The notes beneath the pieces are model-generated. The model saw only the letters and a list, made by a program, of their open reading frames with translations. It was not told the origin of the DNA and ran no database searches. This document shows, one piece after another, positions 31,491-42,530 of a stretch of DNA of 64,000 bases. This stretch comes from Thermostichus sp. DRC_bins_24 (lineage in GTDB: Bacteria; Cyanobacteriota; Cyanobacteriia; Thermostichales; Thermostichaceae), in the NCBI GenBank assembly GCA_039794845.1, contig JAUQVK010000067.1:44559-108558 (forward strand), in the 5' to 3' direction. A program made the position numbers and the translations under genes. Position 1 is the stretch's first letter. Each line of letters begins with the position of its first letter.

Positions 31491-32669
31491 CTACTCAATC
31501 GGGATAAATTGCAACAGGGATCCCGCCGAAATGAGGTGAGCCGGCACAGCATCTACACCGGGGATCCGATGCGCCACCAACACACAGCGATCCTGCGGGG
31601 TTAAACGAAAGGAAACTTCGGGGATAGGATCCTTGAGAAGGGGATCCCCGACAAAGGTAAGCTGTGCCAACACAGCCAGAAGATGATCTTGATGGGCCAA
31701 ATCAGCGGCAAATCGAGTTCGTTCTTGCAAGGTGACCAACGCAACTGGGTGACCTTCTTGAATCAGATAAGAAAGGATCCCGGCACAACGTTCCACCGCC
31801 CGTTCTAATCGGTCTCGATGGCTTTCGGGGCTTTCTTCCAGGGGCTGCCAGCGATTTTCAAAACACAGGGTGATCGCCTGGGAGCGAGGACGCTCCAACT
31901 CCCGAGTAATCAGTTGATCCCGTTTGGCGGAAATCTTCCAATGGATAGAACGCGCATCATCTTGAGGACGATATTGCCGCAAACTCAGGTAGTCTCCCTC
32001 TTGGCCAGGTTGCGGGCGTAATTGACTGCCGCCACTGAGTTGATCCAATACCAATAAGCCGTTGACAGGAGCTGGCCGAGGAAACACGATTACCGTTTGG
32101 GGATCGACAATTTCCACCCCCTTGCGGAATAGCTCAAAGGGAAAACTGGTGGCGATTTCAAAGCCCTGCAACTGCCATAGCCCCCGCCTCGGAAAGGTAT
32201 GTCGATAAAAGCTCTTCACACTGGAACGGGCATCAACCCGCAACACATAGCTTGAAGGCCAATCTTCCCGCTTCACCCCCTCGATGCGTTCACTCACCTG
32301 TAACGAAAAACTGGAAAACCGGCGTTTACGGCTGGTGAGGGTTAGGCCGACCAAAATGGGCTGACCGGCAAAAATGCGAGTGGGCAACTGCCGACTCACC
32401 TCCAGATCTTTCAGGGTGGCCTCGGAGAGGGTCCCGCTGATCAAAATTAAGCTGAGCAGCATTCCCAGCAACAGATAAAGAAGGTTATTGCCGGTATTAA
32501 AAGCAGCAATACTCACCAAGAGAGTGATCACAACAAAACGCCGCCCAATACGAGTAAATCGGAAACGGCGCGGAAAATGAAATCTTTGCCTGGATCCCAA
32601 CGTGGCCGGGGACGATTTAAAGAGCAATTTGAAGATCAAAGATAACTTGTCAGATAACTTAGATAACAC
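31491..32669 (-). CDS. DUF58 domain membrane protein
   Basis: AAFNTGNNLLYLL, TSFPFELF, LRQYRPQDDARSIHWKISAK. Confidence 0.9.
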   Translation of the reverse strand: MLSKLSDKLSLIFKLLFKSSPATLGSRQRFHFPRRFRFTRIGRRFVVITLLVSIAAFNTGNNLLYLLLGMLLSLILISGTLSEATLKDLEVSRQLPTRIFAGQPILVGLTLTSRKRRFSSFSLQVSERIEGVKREDWPSSYVLRVDARSSVKSFYRHTFPRRGLWQLQGFEIATSFPFELFRKGVEIVDPQTVIVFPRPAPVNGLLVLDQLSGGSQLRPQPGQEGDYLSLRQYRPQDDARSIHWKISAKRDQLITRELERPRSQAITLCFENRWQPLEESPESHRDRLERAVERCAGILSYLIQEGHPVALVTLQERTRFAADLAHQDHLLAVLAQLTFVGDPLLKDPIPEVSFRLTPQDRCVLVAHRIPGVDAVPAHLISAGSLLQFIPIE

Positions 32670-32685
32670 CGTAGTAGCTCGAACA

Positions 32686-32946
32686 CTACCTTTGTTCTAT
32701 CAGGGATCCCCAATTCCTGCACTGCAGATCGATCACCCCAGAGGTGCCCGCCAGAACTCCAGCACCGCCAAATTTCTGTCTGATCACCCACCGAAGACAG
32801 AGCACAAACAGCAGAGCAGCGATGAGTTTGGCCAGCAACAGCACCATGAGGGAAAACTCAAGAAGGACAAAGGGTAGGAATCCTAACAAACACAGCAGCC
32901 AGCTGTTGCCTAAGCTACCCCGCTCAACAAAGCCCTCCCCGGGCAA
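32686..32946 (-). CDS. Small hydrophobic hypothetical protein
   Basis: Fills the gap between co-directional genes; two hydrophobic stretches; no motif. Confidence 0.35.
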   Translation of the reverse strand: MPGEGFVERGSLGNSWLLCLLGFLPFVLLEFSLMVLLLAKLIAALLFVLCLRWVIRQKFGGAGVLAGTSGVIDLQCRNWGSLIEQR

Positions 32947-32950
32947 CAGG

Positions 32951-34642
32951 TCACGGGTTGAGAGCCAGTTGCACCTGTTCTTCCGTTAGCTCTCGAATCA
33001 AGGTGGTGCGCAGTGGGGCAGGCGTTAAGGTCTCGGCATAGAAAGAGTTTAGATAGACAGAATAGTCTTCCGTCCGGGTCTCAACATCCAAATAGGTTTT
33101 GAAAAAAGCCGTCGTCAAACCCTTCAGCAACGGGCGCGCCGCCTGGGGATCCGGCCCGATCAACTCCTGAGGCACCGGAAAAGCCCCCTGCCCTCCCCCC
33201 CCCAAAAAGGTGAAATGGGTGGATCCCTCTACCATAACTAGGTAGCGCTGCAGGGATCCCAGCCAGGTAAAGGGTTCGATTTGTTCTGCTAGAGAGGGGG
33301 CAAAGTAGTCTTCGCTGCCGGCCATCATCATCACCGGGATCCCCACTTGGCTCAGTCCTTCCGGCCCAAACACCGTGCTGGTGAGGGGGTTGAGGGCAAA
33401 CACCGCCTGGATCCGCGCATCCGTTAGCTGTTCCACCCGTTCTGCCAAATCAGGATCCCGAAACACCTCCAGCGCCCGGCATTGCAGCAGCAGAGAAGCA
33501 TTCAGAGTCAGCCCCAAGGAATTGGAGGTTTGGCAGTTTTCCTGCAAGCGGGTTGGATTCAGTCCAGCCCCCGCCGCCGCCAACACCGTGTACCCTCCAA
33601 AAGATTGGCCGAACAACCCCACCGACTGCAGATTCAACCGGCCCCAGCGGCTCGGGTCTTGTTGGGCCTTCTGCTCCAGCTCATCCAACAGCAGAGAAAT
33701 ATCCTTGGGCCGCGCCACCCACTCGTAGGATCCCGGCAAAGAGCCAAACCCCGACAAAAAGCTGCGCACACGCTCCACATCGGTACCCGGATGCTCCAAC
33801 ACCGCCACCCCCAACCCCTGGGAGGCCAAATGGCGGGCCAAGTAGGCAAAGGTATTGCGATCCGAGGCGATGCCATGGGAGATCACCACCAACGGGATCC
33901 GCCCTACTCCTTCCGGCAAATACACATCCACGGCTACAGGGGTATCTCGTTCCGGGTTGGCAAAGTGGAAACTCTCCACTTGCCACTCATAAGCGCCCGG
34001 TTGTTCGGGATTAAGGCTAGGTTGAGTCGAGTTTTGGGAGGCCGAGTTGGCAGGGGCCAAGTAGGCCAACGATGCCGACTGAGCTTCGCGACTGGCCTCT
34101 GCTCGCAGCCCTTCGATCACCAAATCCCGTTGGCGAAACAGTTGGCTGGCCTCCCGCACGATACGAATGCTCATGTCCAGGTCGATCCGCAGCTTCTCCA
34201 GGGGGTAGTAGCGCAAAATGTTGACCAACGTCAGCCCGTCGGGATCCCCTGCGGCCAAAATCAGGGCTGCCCGCAAGGCGTAAAACTCCGCCTCTCCGCC
34301 GCTAGAAGAATGCAACACCAGGGTCAACCGCCGCAGCAGATCTTCCCCAATTGCGGAGTAGGTGAACTGGCTCACCGTCACTTGGTTGAGGTTAAAGTCT
34401 CGTGTCAGCAAATCCGCCAAAGCGGCCTGTTGCTCAGGAGTAAGCCGCCGCAGATAAAAATCCAGCCGCCGACTGACGGTGCCATGGCGGGCAAATTCGG
34501 CCAGATCCTCCACAGGCAAGGAAACTTCGATTAAGGGGGGCAAAAACACCGCCAAGCGCTCGGCAGCCCACACCTGGCTCAGTCCGGCCAAAACCGTCCC
34601 CAGTCCCAGTCCCAAAGCCCACAGCCCCCGTGGCCAATTCAT
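32951..34642 (-). CDS. DUF1400 plus alpha/beta hydrolase
   Basis: Signal peptide AAERL; ALRAALILAA; SHG; GQSFGG nucleophile elbow; THFTF. Confidence 0.88.
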   Translation of the reverse strand: MNWPRGLWALGLGLGTVLAGLSQVWAAERLAVFLPPLIEVSLPVEDLAEFARHGTVSRRLDFYLRRLTPEQQAALADLLTRDFNLNQVTVSQFTYSAIGEDLLRRLTLVLHSSSGGEAEFYALRAALILAAGDPDGLTLVNILRYYPLEKLRIDLDMSIRIVREASQLFRQRDLVIEGLRAEASREAQSASLAYLAPANSASQNSTQPSLNPEQPGAYEWQVESFHFANPERDTPVAVDVYLPEGVGRIPLVVISHGIASDRNTFAYLARHLASQGLGVAVLEHPGTDVERVRSFLSGFGSLPGSYEWVARPKDISLLLDELEQKAQQDPSRWGRLNLQSVGLFGQSFGGYTVLAAAGAGLNPTRLQENCQTSNSLGLTLNASLLLQCRALEVFRDPDLAERVEQLTDARIQAVFALNPLTSTVFGPEGLSQVGIPVMMMAGSEDYFAPSLAEQIEPFTWLGSLQRYLVMVEGSTHFTFLGGGGQGAFPVPQELIGPDPQAARPLLKGLTTAFFKTYLDVETRTEDYSVYLNSFYAETLTPAPLRTTLIRELTEEQVQLALNP

Positions 34643-34645
34643 GGC

Positions 34646-35266
34646 TTACAACACCCCCTTCGAGCTAGGGATCCCTTCTTGGCGGCGGGGATCCCGTTCT
34701 GTGGCCATGCGCAGGGCGCGGGCAAACGCCTTAAAACTGGCCTCGACAATGTGATGGGCATTGATCCCGGCCACCTGACGCAGGTGCAAGGTGATCTGAG
34801 CGTGGTTCACTACCGCCTGATAAAACTCCCGCACCAACTGGGTTTCGTAGCGGCCAATCCGCTCACTGGTCAGCTCCAATCCGTAGCTGAGGTGAGGGCG
34901 ACCGGAAAAATCCAACACCACCTGCACCAAGGCCTCATCCAAAGGGGCCCAAAAATGGCCGAAGCGCTGAATACCGCGCCGATCCTGGAGGGCTTGCGCC
35001 AGGGCTTGCCCGAGGGTAATGCCCACATCTTCGTTGGTGTGGTGATCGTCAACGTGCAGATCCCCAATTGCTTTGACCGTCAGGTCGAAGAGACCGTGGG
35101 TGCTGAGCTGAGCCAGCATGTGATCCAGAAAAGGGATCCCGGTGTCGATCTCGTGTTGGCCCTGGCCATCCAAGTTGAGTTGAATGTGAACGTCGGTCTC
35201 TCCGGTGCGGCGGTGAACAGAAGCCATTCGCGGCTGGAGCAAACGGGAGGAGTCAATGGCAGTCAT
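34646..35266 (-). CDS. hisB: Imidazoleglycerol-phosphate dehydratase
   Basis: [40 protein letters not shown]; start moved to ATG 35266. Confidence 0.96.
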   Translation of the reverse strand: MTAIDSSRLLQPRMASVHRRTGETDVHIQLNLDGQGQHEIDTGIPFLDHMLAQLSTHGLFDLTVKAIGDLHVDDHHTNEDVGITLGQALAQALQDRRGIQRFGHFWAPLDEALVQVVLDFSGRPHLSYGLELTSERIGRYETQLVREFYQAVVNHAQITLHLRQVAGINAHHIVEASFKAFARALRMATERDPRRQEGIPSSKGVL

Positions 35267-35490
35267 GAGGATGGCGTGAAGGCAGCAACAGGCGCAGGCC
35301 CAGCTCCAGAATCGCACAAGCCCCCGAGTTTCGACATCTTCAAGTTCTGGGGATCCGCAGATTTCCCCCGCAGGTAACCCGTCAATGCCCTTGGATCCCG
35401 GCTGAGGATCCCTATACTGGAGTAGAGACACTGGAAGGGGTCGGAACGGCAAGGGTAGCATTAGGGCAGACCGCTAGGGGGAGAGATCAG

Positions 35491-36252
35491 ATGGGATTGT
35501 TCGATCGGGTCAGCCGAATCATCAGATCCAACATCAATGCGCTGGTCAGTAGCGCCGAGGATCCAGAGAAAATCCTGAACCAAACCATCCAGGATATGTC
35601 CGAGGATCATTATCAGATGCGGCAAGCCGTCGCCCAGGCCATTGCTAGCCAAAAGCGCATGGAGCGACAGTATGAGCAGGCTGTGCAAAGCGTTAATGAA
35701 TGGCAAAGCCGCGCTGAATTGGCCCTGCGCAACAACAATGAGGCCCTAGCCCGTGAAGCTTTGGTGCGCAAGAAAACCTTCGCCGAAACCGCCCAGAGCA
35801 TGAAGCGGCAGCTGGATGAGCAGACCAAGCAGGTGGAGATTCTGCGCACCAACATGACCAAGCTGGAGAGCAAGATCTCCGAGGCCAAGACCAAGAAAGA
35901 TATGCTGATTGCTCGGGCACGCTCGGCCAAAGCCTCTCAGCAGATCAACGAGGTGATCGGGCGGGTCAACACCACCAATGCCTTCTCCGCTTTTGAACGG
36001 ATGGAAGAAAAGGTGAACTCCCTAGAAGCCCAGTCTGCGGCAGTGGCGGAGCTGGCGGTCGACAACCTAGAGGATCAGTTTGCGGCCCTAGAAGCGGGCG
36101 GATCGGATGTGGATCACGAGCTGCTGATGCTCAAAGCCGCAGTACAGGGCCAGTTGCCCTCCGGGGATTCGAAAACCCCGGCCCGGCAATCCGGCGGCGA
36201 TGAGGTGGATGTGGAGTTGGAAAACTTGCGCAAGGAGATCGATCAGCTCTGA
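35491..36252 (+). CDS. vipp1: PspA/IM30 family protein Vipp1
   Basis: MGLFDRVSR, AEDPEKIL, LAREAL, AFERMEEKV, extra C-terminal helix VDVELENLRKEIDQL. Confidence 0.9.
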   Translation: MGLFDRVSRIIRSNINALVSSAEDPEKILNQTIQDMSEDHYQMRQAVAQAIASQKRMERQYEQAVQSVNEWQSRAELALRNNNEALAREALVRKKTFAETAQSMKRQLDEQTKQVEILRTNMTKLESKISEAKTKKDMLIARARSAKASQQINEVIGRVNTTNAFSAFERMEEKVNSLEAQSAAVAELAVDNLEDQFAALEAGGSDVDHELLMLKAAVQGQLPSGDSKTPARQSGGDEVDVELENLRKEIDQL

Positions 36253-36478
36253 ACGAGCTCTGAACGGGTAGGACGTTGTGCCTTCCCTAGCCCCTGGGGA
36301 TCTCCTCTTCTTGATGGAGCTGAGTGCAGGTAAAGTCTTCGTAGCTTGGGGGACACGGGGTGGTACGCTAACCCACAAGTATCTCAACCCGCCTTTTTTG
36401 GTGGGGTTGAGGCGGCTTCAAGATAGCCTACCTGCGGTTTTGCGAGAGAATGCGAGAGAACAAAGAGAACAAGCAGCG

Positions 36479-36943
36479 ATGACGACAGCGAGTATCAAGC
36501 CCCTCCTCAACGCCAAGCAACTGTTGCAGGCCTATGCCTCTGGCCAGCGCGATTTTTCCGGATCCAATCTCAGTGGGGCTCAGCTAAGCGGGGTGAATTT
36601 GAAGGGCATCATCCTGCGGGATGCCGACTTGAGTGGGGCGGACTTGCGCGAGTCAGACTTGTCGGGGGCGGATCTCACAGGGGCCGATCTGCGCGGGGCC
36701 AAGTTGCGGCGGGTGAACCTGATCGGGGCCAAGTTGGTCAAGGCGGATCTTCGTGGAGCCAATCTCTACCGGGCCAAGTTGTTGCGGGCAGATTTGACCG
36801 AGGCAGAACTGAACCGAGCGGATTTGCGCATTGGGGCGGATTTGCGCGGAGCCACCATTACCAATACCCATTTCCGGGGTGCCCTCTACGATGAGTACAC
36901 CAAGTTCCCGGATGGCTTTAACCCGGCTGAGATGGGAATGTAG
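36479..36943 (+). CDS. Pentapeptide repeat protein
   Basis: LLQAYASGQRDF followed by A(D/N)LxG repeats; TKFPDGFNP. Confidence 0.9.
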   Translation: MTTASIKPLLNAKQLLQAYASGQRDFSGSNLSGAQLSGVNLKGIILRDADLSGADLRESDLSGADLTGADLRGAKLRRVNLIGAKLVKADLRGANLYRAKLLRADLTEAELNRADLRIGADLRGATITNTHFRGALYDEYTKFPDGFNPAEMGM

Positions 36944-36952
36944 GGGACCCTC

Positions 36953-38080
36953 TCAGGCTTGGGCGCGATAAAACGGGCGCTTCACCACCTCGGCAGGCCA
37001 GCGTCGTCCGCGAATCTCGATCTCCAGCTGGGATCCCACCTTTGCCCAATCGGGGCCAACATATCCCAGACCAATGCCATAGCCCAAACTGGGGGAATGG
37101 GTACCACTGCTGACCCGCCCAATCGGCTCAGGATGTCCGGTGGCCCAAATGGTATGGCCTGTACGGGGAATGGCCCGTTCCATCATGCGAAAGCCCACCA
37201 GCCGACGGGGGATCCCTTGCTCCCGTTGGGTCTCTAGGGCTGCTTTGCCAATGTAATCCTCTGGATTGTTCACCAGCCAAGCCAAACCCGCTTCCAAAGG
37301 GGTGGTGCTCTCGTCCATATCCTGTCCATACAGATGCAAGGCCGCCTCCAAGCGCAAGCTATCCCGGCAGCCCAAGCCACAGGGTGGAACACCCGCTTGC
37401 ATTAGGCACTCCCAAAGGCGGATGCCATCCTTGGGGTTGAGCATCACCTCAAAGCCGTCTTCCCCGGTGTAGCCCGTGCGAGCCACAAAGATCGTCTCTT
37501 GCGAAAACCCTTCTCCGCCGCCAAATTGTCCATGTTGAAAACGCCCCAACTCCGCCAGGGATCCCTGTAAATGGGGTTGCAAGGCAGGTTCAGCCTCTCG
37601 CCCCTGCACCGCCAACAACACCTGAGAGAGGGAATGATCCTGCATTTTGACGCCAGGGATCCCACTCAGATGCTGGCTGAGCCACTCCCAATCCTTTTGG
37701 CGGGTGGCGGCGTTAACGATCACGCTCCAGTGCTCCACCTCACCCTCTGGGGGATGTTTATAAAAAATCACATCATCCAGAATGCCCCCCTGCGGGTTGA
37801 GCAACACCGTGTAGCGGCCGGAGCCCACGGGTAAGGAGCTGAGATCGGTGGGCAGCAAGCGGTTCAACTGGGATCCCAACCCCGGCCCCAAGAGGGTGAA
37901 TTTACCCATGTGGGAAATATCAAAGACCCCTACCCGCTCTCGGACGGCCCGATGCTCCGCCACCACCCCCTGATACTGCACCGGCATTTCCCAGCCGGAG
38001 AAAGGCACAAAACGCGCCCCCAACGCTTGATGGTGGGCAAACAGGGGGGTGTGTTGCAGTGAGCTCATGAAGGGATCCAC
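36953..38080 (-). CDS. gcvT: Glycine cleavage system T protein (aminomethyltransferase)
   Basis: FSGWEMPVQY, FDISHMG, RTGYTGEDGFE, GLGCRDSLRLEA. Confidence 0.96.
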   Translation of the reverse strand: MDPFMSSLQHTPLFAHHQALGARFVPFSGWEMPVQYQGVVAEHRAVRERVGVFDISHMGKFTLLGPGLGSQLNRLLPTDLSSLPVGSGRYTVLLNPQGGILDDVIFYKHPPEGEVEHWSVIVNAATRQKDWEWLSQHLSGIPGVKMQDHSLSQVLLAVQGREAEPALQPHLQGSLAELGRFQHGQFGGGEGFSQETIFVARTGYTGEDGFEVMLNPKDGIRLWECLMQAGVPPCGLGCRDSLRLEAALHLYGQDMDESTTPLEAGLAWLVNNPEDYIGKAALETQREQGIPRRLVGFRMMERAIPRTGHTIWATGHPEPIGRVSSGTHSPSLGYGIGLGYVGPDWAKVGSQLEIEIRGRRWPAEVVKRPFYRAQA

Positions 38081-38135
38081 GAAAGGGCAAGGACTAGAAT
38101 AAACTCACCGTCGCACATCTTTTGGAGCCGATACC

Positions 38136-38567
38136 ATGCGTCTTCTCCACACCATGATCCGCGTTGGCAATCTGGAACGCTCCCTGCAGTTCTATTGCGA
38201 GGTTTTGGGGATGCGCCTGCTGCGCAAAAAGGATTACCCAACGGGGGAGTTCACCCTGGCCTTTGTCGGCTACGGAGAGGAATCGGATACGGCAGTGATC
38301 GAGCTCACCCACAACTGGGGTACCGACCACTATGACCTGGGCAACGGCTACGGTCACATTGCCCTAGGGGTAGAGGATATCTACAGCACCTGTGAGGCCA
38401 TCAAAGCCCGTGGCGGCAAGGTGGTGCGGGAACCCGGCCCCATGAAACACGGCAGCACCGTCATTGCCTTTGTCGAGGATCCGGATGGCTACAAGATCGA
38501 GCTGATCCAGACCCAAACTTTGACCCCAGAACCGGAAGAAGTAACGGCAGTGGGCAGTGCTGCTTAG
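38136..38567 (+). CDS. gloA: Lactoylglutathione lyase
   Basis: [36 protein letters not shown]. Confidence 0.96.
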   Translation: MRLLHTMIRVGNLERSLQFYCEVLGMRLLRKKDYPTGEFTLAFVGYGEESDTAVIELTHNWGTDHYDLGNGYGHIALGVEDIYSTCEAIKARGGKVVREPGPMKHGSTVIAFVEDPDGYKIELIQTQTLTPEPEEVTAVGSAA

Positions 38568-38593
38568 GCCAAGTTCCGCGTTCATCCTCAGCG

Positions 38594-39745
38594 CTAGTTG
38601 GCGGATCCCCCGACGGTCAACTGGCCCAGCACGTTGATGTCGAAGGTGAAGTTGATGGTAACCGAGTTGCCTTCGTAAGCCTCGGGCAGAGGCAGGTAGG
38701 GTGCCGCCCGCTGAATGGCCATCAAAGCCGCGTCATCGGTTTGCTGGCTTCCTGAAGTCCGACCCAAGCGAATGCTTTGCAAATCTCCGGCTCGACCCAC
38801 CGTGAAGATCACCACCGTCCGGCGGGAGGTTCCGGTCTGGCCGGGGATCCAGTTTTGCTCCACTCTTCGCTGTAAGGCTGCTAGCCAAGGGCCCCAGTCC
38901 ACATTGGCGCGTGCTGCCACACCGGGGGGGTTCGGGGCCGATTGGGTGGGGTTAGCCAAGCCACTGGCTCCGCTCCCCTGTACCCCTGCACCATCACTGG
39001 GGGCGGAGGCGCTGACCGGAGGGCCCAACTGGGAAGCATCAGAGGGCCGCTGGGCGGTGGGCGCTTCCGGCAAGGACTGTGGAGCCGGTGGCACCGGTGC
39101 CAGTTGACTTAAATCGGAAACCCGCTCGCTCGGCTGTACGGGCAAAGGCTCAGCAGTTGGGGGAGGGGTGGGCGGTGGGGTTGCAGGGGGCGCCGCCGCC
39201 ACAGGGGTAGGAGTAGCCGTGGGAATCGGTGTCGGCACAGGAGTGGGAGGGGGCGGCGCCGGGGTGGGGGTGGCCGTGGGTTGCGGGGGAGCGGGCGTGG
39301 GCGTGGGTGTCGGTGTGGGAGGTGGCGTGGGCGTGGGTGTTGCAATTGCTACTTCAGCCGGTGCGGGCGGGGGTGGGACGGGGGCCGGCTGCTCCGGTTG
39401 CGGGGGCTGGGGTTGGGGGGGTGGGGGAGCGGGTGCTTCTTGAGGAGGAGCGGCTTGCGACTGGGGCGGGCTACCCTGGGAAGGAGGGGCTTCTAGGCGT
39501 TCACCCCCATCGCGGGAATCCACATCGGAAACCAGATCGGCCTCGTCCGGTGGCTCGAGATCTTCGGGATCCAGCAGGATAAACTCAATCGCTTCTTGTT
39601 CCGGCTCTCGGATCCACCACAGACGACCCAGATAGAGAAGGCCCAGCAGCAGCAGAACGTGCAGCAGCAGTGACAGCGCCACCATCCAAAAAAAGTTGCG
39701 AGATTCGTCCTCTCGGCGGCGCTGTTCAACCAAAGTGCTGGTCAT
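38594..39745 (-). CDS. TonB/TolA-like protein (TM anchor, Pro-rich linker, TonB C-terminal domain)
   Basis: SLLLH anchor; LQRRVEQNW; SG..DDAALMAIQRAAPYLPLP. Confidence 0.8.
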   Translation of the reverse strand: MTSTLVEQRRREDESRNFFWMVALSLLLHVLLLLGLLYLGRLWWIREPEQEAIEFILLDPEDLEPPDEADLVSDVDSRDGGERLEAPPSQGSPPQSQAAPPQEAPAPPPPQPQPPQPEQPAPVPPPPAPAEVAIATPTPTPPPTPTPTPTPAPPQPTATPTPAPPPPTPVPTPIPTATPTPVAAAPPATPPPTPPPTAEPLPVQPSERVSDLSQLAPVPPAPQSLPEAPTAQRPSDASQLGPPVSASAPSDGAGVQGSGASGLANPTQSAPNPPGVAARANVDWGPWLAALQRRVEQNWIPGQTGTSRRTVVIFTVGRAGDLQSIRLGRTSGSQQTDDAALMAIQRAAPYLPLPEAYEGNSVTINFTFDINVLGQLTVGGSAN

Positions 39746-39997
39746 GGCCAGAATTGCCCTTCCCTGTTTTTTACGCTCTCAACACACCGAGTTGTTCTGT
39801 TGCAGACTCGGCCACACTAGCTAGTGTTATAACATCCCGTCTGTTTTGGCCTCTGCGCAAAGGCGTACAGTCCACCTCGGGGTTGAGAAGGGATCCGACC
39901 CGGCAGCAGCGGCGACGCCAAAATCGCCTACCCTGAAAAAGCAGGGATCCCGGTTGTGAGTAGCTAGATTTCCTGATGTGCTGGTTTGGAGTGCCCT

Positions 39998-40432
39998 ATG
40001 GAGCCGATCCGCTTTCATCTGGCCTTTCCAGTGGCAGATATTCCCCGCACCAAAACCTATTACGGGGATGGCTTGGGCTGTGAGATTGGCCGAGAGACTC
40101 CCGCTTCGGTCATCCTCAACCTGTACGGGCACCAGCTGGTGGCCCACCTCACCCACGAAGAACTGATGCCGCAACGGGGCATTTACCCGCGCCATTTTGG
40201 CCTGATCTTCCCCGCTGAGGCGGATTGGCAAGCCCTGGCCGACCGTGCTCGAGCGCGTGGGTTGGCCTTCTACCAGGAGCCGCGTTGGCGTTTTGTGGGA
40301 TCCCCATTGGAACACGGCACCTTCTTCTTGCAGGATCCCTTTTACAACCTGCTGGAGTTCAAGTACTACCGCCACGCTGCTGCCATTTTTGGGGAGCGGC
40401 AACTGGCCTGGGTCGGGGATCGGGAGGGATAA
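39998..40432 (+). CDS. VOC/glyoxalase family protein
   Basis: FHLAFPV, LYGHQLVAH, YPRHFGLIF, DPFYNLLEFK. Confidence 0.88.
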   Translation: MEPIRFHLAFPVADIPRTKTYYGDGLGCEIGRETPASVILNLYGHQLVAHLTHEELMPQRGIYPRHFGLIFPAEADWQALADRARARGLAFYQEPRWRFVGSPLEHGTFFLQDPFYNLLEFKYYRHAAAIFGERQLAWVGDREG

Positions 40433-40433
40433 T

Positions 40434-41288
40434 TTGGCAACTCAACCGGCGTGTTCTGGGCCTGTGCGCGGCCCGATTTGGCAGATGGATTTCAACGCTG
40501 TGCCGCTGCGGGATGAGCAGGATCGGCGGGTTTGGGAGCTGTTGGTGTGTGATCCCTCCGGTCAGTTTCGCAGGGCCCGGTATTGCAGCAACCAAGAGGT
40601 AAACAGCACGTGGGTAGCCCAGCAACTGCGGCAGTATCTGGAGCAAGCTCCTCTGCCCCCTGTGGGGATCCGCGTGTTTCGGGCGCGTATGAGCTCCATT
40701 TTGCAACGGGCCTGCGATGCGGTCGGGATCCCGATGCTGCCCAGCCGGCGGGTCTACACCCTCAAGGCTTGGATGCGGGAACGGGCAGAACAGGTTTATC
40801 CTCAGGAGACCCAGTTCACCTACAGCCCCGAGCCTGTCATCCCTCCCGAGCCGCCGGATCCGACTCGCTTACCCGACAAATTACAGGGAGAACGCTGGGC
40901 CTTGGTTACCCTGCGGGCGGAGGATTTGCGAGAAGCCGACACCTGGCCCATGGAATTCGGGGAGCTCTTCCCGGTTGCCTGGGATACGCTACCTCCGGAT
41001 ACGATCATCCCCGGCCTGGTGATCACCTCCCAGCGAGCCCTGCCGATGGCAGCCTGGATGAGCGGTATGGAGCCTGCCTACCTGAGTGTGGTGGACGGGC
41101 AGTTGCTGTTCGAGGCGGGTCTGAACGAGCGCTATGTGTTCGCGCAACTGAAAGCAGAAAAACTGCGAGCAGAAGCAGAAGGCTTTGCCAAACGCCAACA
41201 TCTGGCCCAAGGGATCCACTTTCTCGCTATTCAAACGGATCTCAAGGCCCAATCTTTTGCCGGGTTTTGGCTGATGCAACACCCCTAA
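40434..41288 (+). CDS. Tab2/Atab2 family RNA-binding protein
   Basis: IWQMDF..PLRDE..VWELLVCD, VNSTW, PSRR, GIHFLAIQ..FAGFWLM; TTG start inferred. Confidence 0.85.
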   Translation: MATQPACSGPVRGPIWQMDFNAVPLRDEQDRRVWELLVCDPSGQFRRARYCSNQEVNSTWVAQQLRQYLEQAPLPPVGIRVFRARMSSILQRACDAVGIPMLPSRRVYTLKAWMRERAEQVYPQETQFTYSPEPVIPPEPPDPTRLPDKLQGERWALVTLRAEDLREADTWPMEFGELFPVAWDTLPPDTIIPGLVITSQRALPMAAWMSGMEPAYLSVVDGQLLFEAGLNERYVFAQLKAEKLRAEAEGFAKRQHLAQGIHFLAIQTDLKAQSFAGFWLMQHP

Positions 41289-41656
41289 GACAGGGAACGG
41301 GCCGATAGGGCCAAACAAGCCCACCCCATTAGAAAGGCTACTCCCCCCACCGGCGTAATTGCCCCCAGCCAGCGGATCCCTGTAAAAGCCAGGGCGTAGA
41401 GGCTGCCGGAAAACAACAGCACCCCCAACCCAAAGGCCCACCCTGCCGCCCACAGCAGGGCTGAACTCGGCACCCGTGCCAACAGCAAGGCCACCAAGCC
41501 CAAAGCTAGGGCATGAACCATCTGATAGCGCACTGCAGTTTCCAGCAGATGCAGGGATCCCTCGTTGAGCTGGGTTCGTAAAGCATGTGCGGCAAACGCC
41601 CCCATGCCCACCCCCAATCCTCCCAACAGGCCGGCCAGGGCTAGAAACACTCCCAT
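41285..41656 (-). CDS. DUF423 membrane protein
   Basis: GAFAAHAL, TAVRYQMVH, LFSGSLY, GAITPVGG. Confidence 0.92.
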   Translation of the reverse strand: MGVFLALAGLLGGLGVGMGAFAAHALRTQLNEGSLHLLETAVRYQMVHALALGLVALLLARVPSSALLWAAGWAFGLGVLLFSGSLYALAFTGIRWLGAITPVGGVAFLMGWACLALSARSLS

Positions 41657-41801
41657 CCTCTTGCTCCTCGATCGGGTTTTGTCTGGATCTTTTCTAGCTT
41701 CACGGCGGCATCACGGTTTTGCGCCGACTTCGCTTTGCCAAGCGGCTGTTCTGCTCGAATGGTAAAGGCAACAGCTACAGTAAATACGGAATGGGCATGG
41801 G

Positions 41802-42530
41802 TTGCAGGTGATAGGGCGGTCTGGTAGAAGGCTTGGCTTTGGCGTGCTGATCCTCTGGGCTGGGGTGATGCCTGGGTGGCCGCTATGGGCCGATTCGATA
41901 CAAGGGGGTACGGATCCGGAGCCTGAGCCTACGACCCTCTCCACCGCCCTGGATTTGGGGTTGGATGGCCAGATTGTCGAAGATAGCCCCGTGTTGCGCC
42001 GCTGGTTGCAAAACCCCCCCAACCTCCTCGAGGAAATTCGCAATACCCCCGTGTTGCCCACCCGCTTGCAGGCCGGGTTCGAGGCGTCTTCCCACTGGCG
42101 CATTAGCCTTCAGGATTTGCGCTTGGCAAATCGCCTCACCCTTAGCGGCGACTATCGACAATCTTCTGAAGACCCTGAAACACGGCAGTACGGGTCGGAA
42201 ATCCGCTACTTTTTAGCCCCCATGGGATCCGTTTTCAACCTGGCGCCCCAACTGGGGTATCGAGCCCTAGAACAAGAGAATCGTAGCCTTAGTGGCCTCA
42301 GCTACGGGGCCTTTGCCGTTTTAGCCTTGGCTCCGGGAGCCGCAGATTTGACCGGTAGCTACAGTTGGGTTGCCCCCCAAGAGCCTGCAGAAGGACAAGC
42401 CACCCTGGCGGAGATCACCGCTGCCTACGCCATTAGCCCCTCCTTTCGTCTCTCCGCCCGCTACAGCCTGCGCAACTCAACCCTGACTCGGGAATCTAGC
42501 CTGGGTTTTGGGGTGGAGTGGATCCCTTAG
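41802..42530 (+). CDS. Conserved exported hypothetical protein, beta-strand rich
   Basis: Signal-like N-terminus; SPVLRRWLQNPPNLLEEI; alternating beta pattern ending GFGVEWIP. Confidence 0.6.
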   Translation: MQVIGRSGRRLGFGVLILWAGVMPGWPLWADSIQGGTDPEPEPTTLSTALDLGLDGQIVEDSPVLRRWLQNPPNLLEEIRNTPVLPTRLQAGFEASSHWRISLQDLRLANRLTLSGDYRQSSEDPETRQYGSEIRYFLAPMGSVFNLAPQLGYRALEQENRSLSGLSYGAFAVLALAPGAADLTGSYSWVAPQEPAEGQATLAEITAAYAISPSFRLSARYSLRNSTLTRESSLGFGVEWIP